A stretch of 64,000 nt of DNA from the IMG/VR virus record IMGVR_UViG_3300031951_006582, positions 8,299 to 72,298 of that record. One strand, written 5' to 3'. Under the pieces are notes generated by a model, which saw only the letters and a program-made list of their open reading frames with translations, searched no databases and was not told the DNA's origin. The stretch comes from a virus. The translations under genes were made by a program, and so were the position numbers. Shown here in pieces: positions 49,024-58,748 of this stretch; the stretch's first letter is position 1, and every line of letters begins with the position of its first letter.

Positions 49024-49542
49024 ATGAAGAAGTTAATCGCACTCGCAGCACTCGCAACCGCTGCTTTTACTACCCCTGCAATGGCATCTGATTTTGCCGG
49101 TCCTCGTGTTGAGGTAACCGCTGGAGCTGATGACGTTACTGGTGGTGTTGACACGACTGACATTGCTTATGGCGCAGCCCTTGGTTATGACCTTCAGTTC
49201 GGTAAGGTAGTTGTCGGTGCAGAAGCAACCGCTGCTAACGTCTTTGAGAAGGCTGATCTTGGCGCAGCCGCTCGTCTTGGTTATACCTTGAACAAGAATG
49301 TTCTTGCTTATACCCGCGTCGGTTACGCCAATCTTGAGCGTCCTCAGACTTGCACACCTCGCATTGGGAATACTCCAGCAGTTTGCCGTAATACTGCAAA
49401 CTTGGAAGGTCTCACCGTTGGTGGTGGTCTTGAAGTGAAGCTTGTTGGCTCAACATTCGTTAAGGCTGAGTATCGCTACTCTGACTTTGACGGCGCTGTT
49501 GGTCGTCACGGCGGACTCGTAGGCTTCGGTCTTCGTTTCTAA
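49024..49542 (+). CDS. Outer-membrane 8-stranded beta-barrel protein (Omp25/OmpA-like)
   Basis: Signal peptide AMA|; GYDLQFG, ARLGY, GGGLEV, KAEYRYSD, terminal Phe. Confidence 0.88.
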   Translation: MKKLIALAALATAAFTTPAMASDFAGPRVEVTAGADDVTGGVDTTDIAYGAALGYDLQFGKVVVGAEATAANVFEKADLGAAARLGYTLNKNVLAYTRVGYANLERPQTCTPRIGNTPAVCRNTANLEGLTVGGGLEVKLVGSTFVKAEYRYSDFDGAVGRHGGLVGFGLRF

Positions 49543-49557
49543 TAATTGACTGAATGG

Positions 49558-49585
49558 AATGGCGGCGAAGAAATTCGTCGCCATT
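49558..49585 (+). terminator. Hairpin/terminator with GAAA tetraloop
   Basis: aatggcggcgaa-gaaa-ttcgtcgccatt. Confidence 0.7.
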
Positions 49586-49611
49586 ACCATATCCAAATGA
49601 TAAATACATAT

Positions 49612-50328
49612 ATGAGAGCTACCGAATTCATTACAGAGCGCAAGAAAAAGCGCAGAAAAACCAAATCTCGCCGCGCCTATGGTGGGTATTTCTTCCCTGG
49701 ATATGCCTTCTTTGGTGCCGGCGATTCTAGTGGTGACTTCGGCGGAGACGGTGGCGGCGGCGAGAGTGTTAATGAGTCTCCTGAAATTGAATTAGCTAAG
49801 CGATTGCCCTCGCTTGCAAAACACGACTACAATACTATTGACACTCTAATGAAAAAGATTGCTAAAAAGCACAAAATCACCGACAAAGCACTACACGACT
49901 TGTTTAAGAAGAAATTTAAGGATACGCCTGATCGTTGGGTAAAGAATAAGCTGGACGAAGCCGACAATGTAGACTGTGATTTAGAAAACGAAGTTCAAAA
50001 GTTCGTTGAGTGGACTGCTAAAAAGCTTAATCTTAAAGAGGTTCCCACTGTAGAACTATCAATGGATACCGAAGAGGCCCAAACAAATCATCATACCGGT
50101 GGTCACGTTCCTGGCGAAGGCAGTGTTTGGGTGTATGCAAAGAATCGCAACCTGGTAGATATCCTTAGAACAGTATTTCACGAGTTGGTCCATGTTCGCC
50201 AACACGAATTAGGCATGATTAAACCTGGTGATAGTTATCCAGGAAGTCCCATCGAAGCAATGGCTGACATGCTCGCCGGTAAGTACATCAAGATTTACGG
50301 CGAAAAAAATAACCACGTATTTCAATAA
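49612..50328 (+). CDS. Cargo polyprotein with C-terminal zincin metallopeptidase
   Basis: MRATEFITE|R start 5 nt after ATAAATA; DILRTVFHELVHVRQ...IEAMA (HExxH...E). Confidence 0.78.
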   Translation: MRATEFITERKKKRRKTKSRRAYGGYFFPGYAFFGAGDSSGDFGGDGGGGESVNESPEIELAKRLPSLAKHDYNTIDTLMKKIAKKHKITDKALHDLFKKKFKDTPDRWVKNKLDEADNVDCDLENEVQKFVEWTAKKLNLKEVPTVELSMDTEEAQTNHHTGGHVPGEGSVWVYAKNRNLVDILRTVFHELVHVRQHELGMIKPGDSYPGSPIEAMADMLAGKYIKIYGEKNNHVFQ

Positions 50329-50392
50329 CGGTTACCATTATAGTTGAATTCTCTACGTAGTCTGTTATACTAATTAGACTAAAGGAGAAAAC

Positions 50393-50647
50393 ATGTCACG
50401 TACATTTAATGCGGAAGCAAAAGTAAAACTTACTCAACTTATCAACGAAGGTATCAGCGTTCTACAGGAAGTTGATACGCTTAACGAAGGTCTCAATGAC
50501 ACTGTTAAGGCGATTGCAGAAGAACTTGAAGTTAAGCCAAGTGTTCTCAAGAAGGCAATCAAGATTGCACACAAGCAGCGTCTTAACGAAGAAAACGAAG
50601 CAAACGAAGAACTTAACACGATTCTACAAACTGTGGGTAAAGCCTAA
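50393..50647 (+). CDS. Small dsDNA-binding protein (T4 DsbA/GapR-like)
   Basis: Helical; AIAEELEVKPSVLKKAIKIAHK; precedes polymerase; sigma70-like promoter at 50344-50371. Confidence 0.65.
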   Translation: MSRTFNAEAKVKLTQLINEGISVLQEVDTLNEGLNDTVKAIAEELEVKPSVLKKAIKIAHKQRLNEENEANEELNTILQTVGKA

Positions 50648-50650
50648 TTA

Positions 50651-53368
50651 ATGTCATACATTGACGCTATATTAGATAATAAATCTGATCGTATTCATGT
50701 GGTGGAACGAACCCCTGAGGGTAAGCGCCTCTACAAGGAATATCAAACAAACTATACATTTTACTATAGCGACCCTAAGGGCAAGTATCGTAGCATCTTC
50801 GGAGATCCTGTAAGTCGTTTCTCTACTCGCAAGAAGGCTGAGTTTGAGAAGGAGCGCAGGATTCATCGTGGCAAAGAACTATTTGAGAGCGATATTCCTG
50901 TAGTTTTCAGATGCTTAAGTGACAACTATTTGGGAGCAGAACCTCCTAAGCTTCACACAGCATTCTTCGATATTGAAGTTGACTTTGACCGAGAACGTGG
51001 ATACAGCCCAACGGATGATCCATTCAATGCGGTCACTGCTATTTCAGTATATCTAGATTGGTTAGAACAACTGGTGACACTCGTTATGCCTCCCAGACAT
51101 ATGAGTGACGAAACTGCACAGGAACTAACAGCAGAGTTTGAAAACTGCTTGTTGTTCCGCAGTGAAATTGAAATGTTTGAAACATTCTTTGCATTGATTG
51201 AAGATGCAGACGTAATTACTGGTTGGAACTCTGAAGGCTACGATATTCCCTATTGTGTGAATCGTGTTACTCGTATTATGAGTAAGGACGATACACGCAA
51301 GTTCTGTCTGCTTGGACAGCTTCCAAAGCCTCGTACTTATGAACGCTTTGGTAAGGAAGAACAGACATATGACCTAATTGGTCGTATTCATATGGACTAT
51401 CTACAGTTGTATAAGAAGTACAACTATGAATCACGCCACAGCTATTCACTTGACTCAATTGGTGAATATGAATTGGGTGAACGTAAGACTCCATATGAGG
51501 GTAGTCTTGATCAGTTGTACAACAAAGACTTCAAGAAGTTCGTAGAATATAACCGTCAAGATACTTTGCTTGTGTATAAGATTCACAACAAGCTTAAGTT
51601 CCTTGATCTTGCAAATGCTCTGGCACATGAAAACACAGTGTTGCTTCCGACAGTTATGGGTTCGGTGGCAATGATTGAAATGGCAATCTATAACGAAGCA
51701 CATAGTCGTGATATGATTGTCCCCGACAAGAAGCGCAAAGATAGTTATGGTGATGAGCAGCAGGCAGCTGGTGCTTATGTTGCTGTTCCAAAGAAGGGCA
51801 TTCACGAATGGGTCGGCGCGGTTGACATTAACTCACTGTATCCGTCTGCTATTCGGGCATTGAACATGGCCCCTGAAACTATCGTGGGTCAAGTTCGTCA
51901 ATCATTGACTGAACAATATATGTATGACAAGGGCATTGCACTTGCTAAAGATAAGCGTAAGAAAAAGAACGGTGACGATGCTGATGCGGTTACTGGTGCT
52001 ATTCTTTGGGAAAACTTGTTTGGTTCAATAGAATATACTGCTATTATGAACCAAGAGCGTGGCACTATGCTCACTATTGACTATGAAGATGGTCGTAGTG
52101 TTGAAATGAGTGCCGCAGAGATTTGGAAACTAATCTTTGACAGTCATCGCCCTTGGATGATTAGTGCTAATGGTACAATCTTTACGTATGAGAAAGAAGG
52201 TGTCATTCCAGGATTGCTCTCACGCTGGTATTCAGAGCGTAAGAGTATTCAGAAAGAAGCAAAGGCTGCATATGGCACAGACAAGTTTGAGTATTACGAT
52301 AAGCGTCAGTTAGTTCGTAAGATTTTGCTTAACTCTGCGTATGGCGCACTTTTGAATGAGCATTGTCGTTTCTACGATAAAAGAATCGGGCAGTCAGTTA
52401 CGTTGTCTGGTCGTCAAATCACTAAGCATATGATGAGCCAGATAAACGAAATCATCACGGAAAAGTATGAACACGACGGCGACGCTATTGTGTATGGTGA
52501 TACTGACTCCTGTTACTTCTCGGCATATCACATTCTTAAAGAACAGATTGATGCTGGTCAAGTATCTTGGGATAAGGACTCGTGCATTGAACTTTACGAC
52601 CAAATTGCTGAAATGACTAACGTTAGCTTCCCAGCGTTTATGGAGAAGGCATTTCATTGCCCTCGCAAGAACGGTGAAGTCATTAAAGCTGGTCGTGAAC
52701 TTATCGGTGATAGAACGTTGTTCATCACTAAGAAGCGATATGCTATCAACATCTTTGACCTTGAGGGTAAGCGTCAGGACATAGATGGTAAGATGGGTAA
52801 GGTCAAGGCTATGGGTCTTGATCTTAAGAGAGCAGATACTCCTAAGTATGTTCAAGAGTTCCTAATGGAAGTTCTTATGATGGTACTAGGCGGTAGTCCT
52901 CGTGATGAAGTTATCACTAAGATTAGAGAATTCAAGATTTGGTTGGGTGAACAAGATAGTTGGACTAAGGGTTCTCCTAGGTCAGTTAACAAGCTCACAT
53001 ACTATGGTGAACTTGAGGCTCGTAGCAAGACAGGTAAGGCAAACATGCCGGGTCACGTTAGAGCAGCACTGAACTATAACTATCTACGTAAGATGAACAA
53101 TGACCAATATAGTCAGAAGATTGTTGATGGTATGAAGGTTATTGTTTGCAGCTTGAAGGACAATCCGCTTGGCTTTACAAGTGTTGCTTATCCCACAGAT
53201 GAACTAAGACTTCCACAATGGTTTACTGACTTGCCGTTTGACGCACTTGATATGGAACGTAAACTTGTTGATGAAAAGATTGACAACTTACTTGGAGTAT
53301 TGAATTGGAAGATTCGTCAAGACACAAATACTAATAGCACAGTCGGTGACTTGTTTGATTTCGGATAA
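50651..53368 (+). CDS. Family B DNA polymerase (T4 gp43-like)
   Basis: FDIEV exo I, GWNSEGYD, DINSLYPS, KILLNSAYG, YGDTDS, KKRY. Confidence 0.97.
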   Translation: MSYIDAILDNKSDRIHVVERTPEGKRLYKEYQTNYTFYYSDPKGKYRSIFGDPVSRFSTRKKAEFEKERRIHRGKELFESDIPVVFRCLSDNYLGAEPPKLHTAFFDIEVDFDRERGYSPTDDPFNAVTAISVYLDWLEQLVTLVMPPRHMSDETAQELTAEFENCLLFRSEIEMFETFFALIEDADVITGWNSEGYDIPYCVNRVTRIMSKDDTRKFCLLGQLPKPRTYERFGKEEQTYDLIGRIHMDYLQLYKKYNYESRHSYSLDSIGEYELGERKTPYEGSLDQLYNKDFKKFVEYNRQDTLLVYKIHNKLKFLDLANALAHENTVLLPTVMGSVAMIEMAIYNEAHSRDMIVPDKKRKDSYGDEQQAAGAYVAVPKKGIHEWVGAVDINSLYPSAIRALNMAPETIVGQVRQSLTEQYMYDKGIALAKDKRKKKNGDDADAVTGAILWENLFGSIEYTAIMNQERGTMLTIDYEDGRSVEMSAAEIWKLIFDSHRPWMISANGTIFTYEKEGVIPGLLSRWYSERKSIQKEAKAAYGTDKFEYYDKRQLVRKILLNSAYGALLNEHCRFYDKRIGQSVTLSGRQITKHMMSQINEIITEKYEHDGDAIVYGDTDSCYFSAYHILKEQIDAGQVSWDKDSCIELYDQIAEMTNVSFPAFMEKAFHCPRKNGEVIKAGRELIGDRTLFITKKRYAINIFDLEGKRQDIDGKMGKVKAMGLDLKRADTPKYVQEFLMEVLMMVLGGSPRDEVITKIREFKIWLGEQDSWTKGSPRSVNKLTYYGELEARSKTGKANMPGHVRAALNYNYLRKMNNDQYSQKIVDGMKVIVCSLKDNPLGFTSVAYPTDELRLPQWFTDLPFDALDMERKLVDEKIDNLLGVLNWKIRQDTNTNSTVGDLFDFG

Positions 53369-53376
53369 CAACTACA

Positions 53377-53405
53377 TTGACTTTCGCATTAACTTCCGCT
53401 ATTAT
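53377..53405 (+). promoter_or_regulatory. Sigma70-type promoter
   Basis: TTGACT-17 nt-TATTAT. Confidence 0.7.
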
Positions 53406-53443
53406 ACACTATAGCATTGCCTAAATATCTAAAAGGAAAACAC

Positions 53444-54175
53444 ATGAAAGATTATTTACTTGATTTGATTCAGCACACTTATGGACTTGGTGTCGTTGAA
53501 CTTGTTAAAATTGAAGGTTCAGACACAGAAACTAAGGTTGCTGCGTATGCCGAAGACAAGTCAGTTATCGTAACTGGTACGTTTAAGACTCCTATTGACG
53601 GCTTTCAGGGCACGTTCGGTATGCCCAACTTGAGCAAGCTTAAGACTATTCTTGGCTTTGATGACTATGATGATAAGGCTATCATCAACGTTGCTCGTGA
53701 TACGAGAGACGGTGAGAGCGTCCCTACAGCAATTCATTTTGAGACTTCAACTGGTGACTTCGTTAACGACTATCGTTTGATGAGCAAGGTTGTTGTTGAA
53801 GATAAGGTAAAGTCTGTGACGTTCAAGGGCGCTGCTTGGGACGTTGAGTTTGAGCCTACTGTTGCCGGCGTTATGCGTCTTAAGAAGCAGGCTTCTGCTA
53901 ACAACGAAGAACTTAACTTCAAGACTAAGACTGACAACGGCGACTTGAAGATTTACTTCGGTGACCCTTCAACTCACTCAGGCAACTTCGTGTTTCAGCC
54001 TGACGTAGCTGGCAACTTGACTAAGGCTTGGAACTGGCCTGTTAAGGTATTCCTTGCAATCATGGATCTTCCTGGTGACAAGGTTGTTCGTTTCAGTGAT
54101 GCAGGCGCTGCTGAAATCACAGTTGACAGCGGTATCGCTAACTATCGTTATTTGTTGCCCGCACAGGCTAAGTAA
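53444..54175 (+). CDS. Sliding clamp (gp45/PCNA-like)
   Basis: About 243 aa, follows polymerase, clamp loader present in window; ends YRYLLPA; RBS aaagga. Confidence 0.7.
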   Translation: MKDYLLDLIQHTYGLGVVELVKIEGSDTETKVAAYAEDKSVIVTGTFKTPIDGFQGTFGMPNLSKLKTILGFDDYDDKAIINVARDTRDGESVPTAIHFETSTGDFVNDYRLMSKVVVEDKVKSVTFKGAAWDVEFEPTVAGVMRLKKQASANNEELNFKTKTDNGDLKIYFGDPSTHSGNFVFQPDVAGNLTKAWNWPVKVFLAIMDLPGDKVVRFSDAGAAEITVDSGIANYRYLLPAQAK

Positions 54176-54552
54176 TGATTAAGACGGTCAACGGACAGGG
54201 TAGATATATTATGGTCAATGGGGGTTACCCGGCGACCACATATATCAATACTAGTTCAGGATACATGAATGTCGGAGATGTTAGATACAACACTCAAATG
54301 CAGCGACTTGAAGTATATGATGGTCAAATGTGGTTAGAAATCAATACAAGTCATGCAAGTGTTGGTCTAACTCCTGATGCTGAAATGGCACTTGATTGGG
54401 CTATCAAGAAGAAGAATGAAGAATTGATTCTTGAAGCAAAGGCTAAAGATAGCCCAGCAATTGCTGATTTGCTTGACCAACGTAAGAAGATTGATGAGCA
54501 AATCAAAGTTATTGAAATCTTAACGAAAGATAATAAAGTTGGAACAAATTAA
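54175..54552 (+). CDS. Hypothetical protein
   Basis: GDVRYN...LEVYDGQMW motif; TAATG coupling. Confidence 0.7.
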   Translation: MIKTVNGQGRYIMVNGGYPATTYINTSSGYMNVGDVRYNTQMQRLEVYDGQMWLEINTSHASVGLTPDAEMALDWAIKKKNEELILEAKAKDSPAIADLLDQRKKIDEQIKVIEILTKDNKVGTN

Positions 54553-56095
54553 CCTTTCAAACAGTCACGATCCCGAATGGGCATTGTTTCTGCCCGCAAT
54601 CTCGTCTTTCTTCATTGCTGGCTTAGGCAAGCAACGTGAAGGTGAACAATATTTTGACCCGGCGAGAATCCCTGCGGCATTCAACGGAGACGTTGAGTGT
54701 TTGAATTTCTTCAACAGCAAGCAAGGCTTATACACGTATAAGTGGGGCTTGTATTCTGCTGGTCACGCAAATCTTGATATTACTAAGGATGACAATAATG
54801 AATCTATCATTCGCAAGAGGGAAGAAGGCACTTTTCTTCTAGGAGACTCAGGTGGATTCCAGATTCTTAAATGTCAGTGGCCAGCAGATTGGAAGGACCC
54901 TAACTGTCCTCGTGCAATGAAGAAGCGTCAACAAGTTCTTACTTGGATGGACGAATACATGGACTATGGAATGTGTCTTGATATTCCGTCACAGTCTCTT
55001 ACGACTTATCACGTTAAGGACAAGAAGACCGGTACATCTGCACATGGTATCAGCACGATTGAAGAAGCAATCACTGCTACGCACATTAACAATGAATATT
55101 TCATTGCTAATCGTGATGGTCGTTGTAAGTTTCTAAACGTGCTACAGGGTCGTAATCATGGTCAATCAGACGCATGGTACGAAGAAATGAAGAAGTATTG
55201 CGACACTAATATCTATGGTGATCGTGCATTCAACGGCTGGGCATTCGGTGGTCAAAACAAGATTGACATTCACTTGATGCTTAAGCGTCTTGTTCACATT
55301 ATTCATGATGGCTTCCTTGAAGAAGGTAAGCAGGATTTGATTCACTGTCTCGGCACTTCTATCATGGAGTATGCAGTATTGTTTACTGACATTCAGAAAG
55401 CAATACGCAAGCATCATAATCCGAAGTTACAAATCACGTTTGACTGTGCTAGTCCGTTCTTTGCAGCAGCAAAAGGTCTTGCTTATAATAACAATACGTT
55501 TGAGCATGATACTAAATGGACTTATGCAATGGATAAGACTGCTGAAAACAAGAAGTATGCTACTGATACTCGCAAGTTCAGTGATGGTGTGTTGGCTGAC
55601 AAGATTCATAAAGTCTTTACAGATAGTCCCGTGACTGATAAACTTTTGATGAAAGATATTTGCTATCGTGGTCAAGGCTTCTTGGGTCAGCATGGTAAGG
55701 AAACAAAGACTTCATGGGACACACTTTCATATACATTGATTCAGGCACACAATGTCTATCAGCATATGATTGCAGTTCAAGAAGCAAATCGTCGCTACGA
55801 GCAGGGTATCAAGCCTAAGATGGTTATGGATCCTCTTGGCAATCTTAATTTCTCTGAAATCGTTGATGAGATTTTCTCGCTCAAGGATCGTGAAAAGAGC
55901 CTTGCTATGATTGATCAGTATGACAAGTTTTGGCAGCAGTTCAAAGCTGGTCAAGGATTCAGCGGTAAAAAGACTATCAATGCTCACACAATGTTTGATC
56001 AGTTGTTTGCGGTTGAAGATACCGACCCTGAAATTGATGAAGAAATGGAAGACACTGATGACTTAATGGCAGAAGTTCTTGACCAAAACAATTGA
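54539..56095 (+). CDS. dpdA: DpdA-like DNA 7-deazaguanine transglycosylase (TGT fold)
   Basis: LGDSGGFQ, MCLDIP, NVLQG, GWAFGG, IHCLG, TFDCAS TGT-family motifs; clustered with folE/queD. Confidence 0.85.
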   Translation: MEQINLSNSHDPEWALFLPAISSFFIAGLGKQREGEQYFDPARIPAAFNGDVECLNFFNSKQGLYTYKWGLYSAGHANLDITKDDNNESIIRKREEGTFLLGDSGGFQILKCQWPADWKDPNCPRAMKKRQQVLTWMDEYMDYGMCLDIPSQSLTTYHVKDKKTGTSAHGISTIEEAITATHINNEYFIANRDGRCKFLNVLQGRNHGQSDAWYEEMKKYCDTNIYGDRAFNGWAFGGQNKIDIHLMLKRLVHIIHDGFLEEGKQDLIHCLGTSIMEYAVLFTDIQKAIRKHHNPKLQITFDCASPFFAAAKGLAYNNNTFEHDTKWTYAMDKTAENKKYATDTRKFSDGVLADKIHKVFTDSPVTDKLLMKDICYRGQGFLGQHGKETKTSWDTLSYTLIQAHNVYQHMIAVQEANRRYEQGIKPKMVMDPLGNLNFSEIVDEIFSLKDREKSLAMIDQYDKFWQQFKAGQGFSGKKTINAHTMFDQLFAVEDTDPEIDEEMEDTDDLMAEVLDQNN

Positions 56096-56119
56096 TAAAT
56101 TTAACACAGGTGATATAAC
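56092..56119 (+). promoter_or_regulatory. Sigma70-type promoter, probably leaderless
   Basis: TTGATA-16 nt-TATAAC with extended TG; ATG 6 nt downstream. Confidence 0.5.
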
Positions 56120-56125
56120 AAGAAT

Positions 56126-56578
56126 ATGAATAACGTAGAACAAGCCCTTGCAGAAAAGTTTGATCGTATTAGTAATCATGCTAAACGTATGATTTGGGTT
56201 ACTTTTCAAAGAGAAGGCATTCACAAATATCCCGGTGCAGACACCGATCCGAACTTGGCAACTGGCGACGAATATGACGTTAGTTTTCTAGGCTACCCGC
56301 ATCGTCACATCTTTCACTTTAAGGTGGCGATTCAGGTATTTCACAACGACCGTGACATTGAGTTCATTCAGTTCAAGCGTTGGCTAGAGAATAGCTTTCG
56401 TGACGGAGTGATGCAACTTGACCATAAGTCTTGTGAAATGATTAGTGATGAGTTATATATGTATATAGCGAATCGCTACCCCGGTCGTGACATTGAAATC
56501 ACTGTATCAGAAGACGGTGAGAACGGTGCCACTATCTATTACAACACAACTAAACCCTATCAATCACTAACCATTTAA
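56126..56578 (+). CDS. QueD-paralogue T-fold protein (DpdL-like)
   Basis: FLGYPHRHIFHF (LxxxHRHxF), HNDRDIEF, SCEM, EDGENGA. Confidence 0.75.
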   Translation: MNNVEQALAEKFDRISNHAKRMIWVTFQREGIHKYPGADTDPNLATGDEYDVSFLGYPHRHIFHFKVAIQVFHNDRDIEFIQFKRWLENSFRDGVMQLDHKSCEMISDELYMYIANRYPGRDIEITVSEDGENGATIYYNTTKPYQSLTI

Positions 56579-56588
56579 GGAAAATAAA

Positions 56589-56816
56589 ATGGCTATTATT
56601 AAGACTAATATCAAGCAAGTTTTTGAAGACCTAGACAGTTATCGTAACTTTTGCAGAGAGTTCGGTTATCGCTTTAATGAAGCTGACCTCTATAATACTC
56701 GTAGCGGAAACTACAAGCAGTTTCAGCGATTTCTAGCAGGGCAGCGCCCTCGTAATCAGTGGGAAATTGATTACGCAAAGTACAAGGAACGTCAGGCTAA
56801 GGGCTTTCGTGGATAA
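56589..56816 (+). CDS. Hypothetical protein
   Basis: FEDLDSYRNFCREFGYRFNEADLY; RBS aagga. Confidence 0.7.
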   Translation: MAIIKTNIKQVFEDLDSYRNFCREFGYRFNEADLYNTRSGNYKQFQRFLAGQRPRNQWEIDYAKYKERQAKGFRG

Positions 56817-57570
56817 GGTTGTTGTAATAACTGGTGGGTTTGATCCTATTCATCGCGGTCATATTGATTATATCAAGGCTGCTAAAGAACTAGGAAACAT
56901 TCTCATTGTCGGGGTAAACAGTGATGAATGGCTGGTCCGTAAAAAGGGCCGGTCATTCATGCCATTTGAGGATCGGGTCGCAATCATCGGTGCTCTACAG
57001 CAAGTAGATTATGCTATTCCCTTTAATGACCGGGATGGTACAGCTAAAGATGCAATTGCATGGGCCCGCAAAGTGTTCCCCGATCATACTATCGTGTTTG
57101 CTAATGGTGGAGACAGGACTCAGGACAATATTCCTGAACTAGACTTCGCAGATGATAATATTGAATTTGCGTTTGGTGTAGGAGGAGACAAGACTAATTC
57201 AAGTAGTCATTTGCTACAAGAATGGAAGGCTCCTAAGACAGAGCGGCAATGGGGATATTACCGAGTGCTTCACGAGAACGGATTAGAGGTCAAAGTTAAA
57301 GAACTTACTGTTGAACCAAGAAAATCGTTAAGTATGCAACGGCATAATGATCGTTTGGAACTATGGTTTGTTGCACAAGGCACTGCAACAGTGTATACTA
57401 TCAATAGTAGTTCAGACGAAGAACTAAGCGGAGTGTATAAGAAGTTTCACAATATACACATTGCTGCTAATCAGTGGCACCGTTTAGCTAACGAAACAGA
57501 CAAGCCATTGAAGATTATCGAAATCCAATATGGTACAAATTGCAGTGAAGAAGATATAGAGAGAAAATAA
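56809..57570 (+). CDS. Cytidylyltransferase (RfaE/TagD-like) fused to cupin (mannose-6-phosphate isomerase type II-like)
   Basis: TGGFDPIHRGH, GVNSD, FANGGDR, SSS; then RQWGYY, LSMQRH...ELW, WHRL, IIEIQYG...EEDIER. Confidence 0.88.
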   Translation: MDKVVVITGGFDPIHRGHIDYIKAAKELGNILIVGVNSDEWLVRKKGRSFMPFEDRVAIIGALQQVDYAIPFNDRDGTAKDAIAWARKVFPDHTIVFANGGDRTQDNIPELDFADDNIEFAFGVGGDKTNSSSHLLQEWKAPKTERQWGYYRVLHENGLEVKVKELTVEPRKSLSMQRHNDRLELWFVAQGTATVYTINSSSDEELSGVYKKFHNIHIAANQWHRLANETDKPLKIIEIQYGTNCSEEDIERK

Positions 57571-58748
57571 TGCGTAAACTATTTTATATGGGACTTGAAG
57601 CGTATAACGCTCGTTACACACTACAGCTTACAGAATGGAACCGTCGTGTATTTGAACGCAGGGGATATGATGTTGTTTATGTCCCGGGCTTGACACTTGA
57701 TAACAGTCAGAAGATCGTGACTGGTCAGGTTCTTGATGCACATGGTCGCTCATACTTTGGTATGAGTCAGATGATGAATCTTGTTCGCTTGATGCAGCAG
57801 GGTGAAGTCACAAGCGAAGACGTAATCTACTTTGAAGATATGTTCCAGCCGGGTATTGAATCATTGCCTTATATCATTGACCAGTGTTCCGAAGAGAACA
57901 TGCCTCGTATCTTTGTTCGTTGTCTTGCACAGTCTATTGACCCTGATGACTTTGTTCATGTCTGGGGCATGGATCGTTGGATGAGAGCATATGAACAGAT
58001 GGTATGTTCAAGTGTTGATGGTGTTCTTGCAACTAACGAAGAAATGGTTGCACATATGAAGGTTGCTGGTTGGGACGTTCCTATCTACAATATCTCAGGT
58101 CTTGCGTTTGGTAAGGATGAAGTTATTGAGCGTGTTGGTGGCAAGATTAAGCCCTTCAATGATCGTCGTTTGCGTGTTGTATTCTCTGCACGTTGGGACC
58201 AAGAGAAGCAGCCTGACTTCTATATGGACTTGATTGAAGCTTGGCGTGAACGATTCCCGGGCAAGGATGTTGAGTTCGTTGTTTGCAGTGGCGGAGAGTT
58301 GAAGTCTAACAACGATAGCTACATGGCTCGTACTCGTCAAATGGTTGAAGATGGTAAGCTAATCATCTATGACAATCTTGACAAGAACAAGTATTATGAA
58401 ATCGTCAACGATAGCCGTGTTGTGTTCAATTGTGCATTGCAGGATTGGGTGAGCAATACTGTTTCAGAAGCAGATGCACTTGGATGCAATGTCTTGTATC
58501 CTGCGTATCGTAGCTTCCCTGAGACTTTCGCAAACGACCATGAGCGTATGTATATTCCTTGGTCTATTGATGATGCTATTGCTAAGCTTGATATCTTGCT
58601 CAAGAAGGCACATCCGAACATGGGCAAGATCAGTGACTACACTGATGGTACTATTGATCGTATCTGTGACATTCTTGAAGGCAAGGGCAGCAAGTATCTT
58701 CGCATTAGCAGCGACTATCGCAAGCATACTCGTGAGGCAAAGTACTAA
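57570..58748 (+). CDS. GT-B glycosyltransferase
   Basis: [34 protein letters not shown]. Confidence 0.82.
   Translation: MRKLFYMGLEAYNARYTLQLTEWNRRVFERRGYDVVYVPGLTLDNSQKIVTGQVLDAHGRSYFGMSQMMNLVRLMQQGEVTSEDVIYFEDMFQPGIESLPYIIDQCSEENMPRIFVRCLAQSIDPDDFVHVWGMDRWMRAYEQMVCSSVDGVLATNEEMVAHMKVAGWDVPIYNISGLAFGKDEVIERVGGKIKPFNDRRLRVVFSARWDQEKQPDFYMDLIEAWRERFPGKDVEFVVCSGGELKSNNDSYMARTRQMVEDGKLIIYDNLDKNKYYEIVNDSRVVFNCALQDWVSNTVSEADALGCNVLYPAYRSFPETFANDHERMYIPWSIDDAIAKLDILLKKAHPNMGKISDYTDGTIDRICDILEGKGSKYLRISSDYRKHTREAKY

Noticed and set aside
50651-53368. Intein or intron in DNA polymerase
   Set aside because: Continuous 905-aa ORF of normal size; no intein terminal motifs or homing endonuclease seen
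54539-56095. tRNA-guanine transglycosylase Tgt
   Set aside because: No C-terminal CxCxxC Zn site of bacterial Tgt seen, and the position next to replication genes fits DNA-acting DpdA
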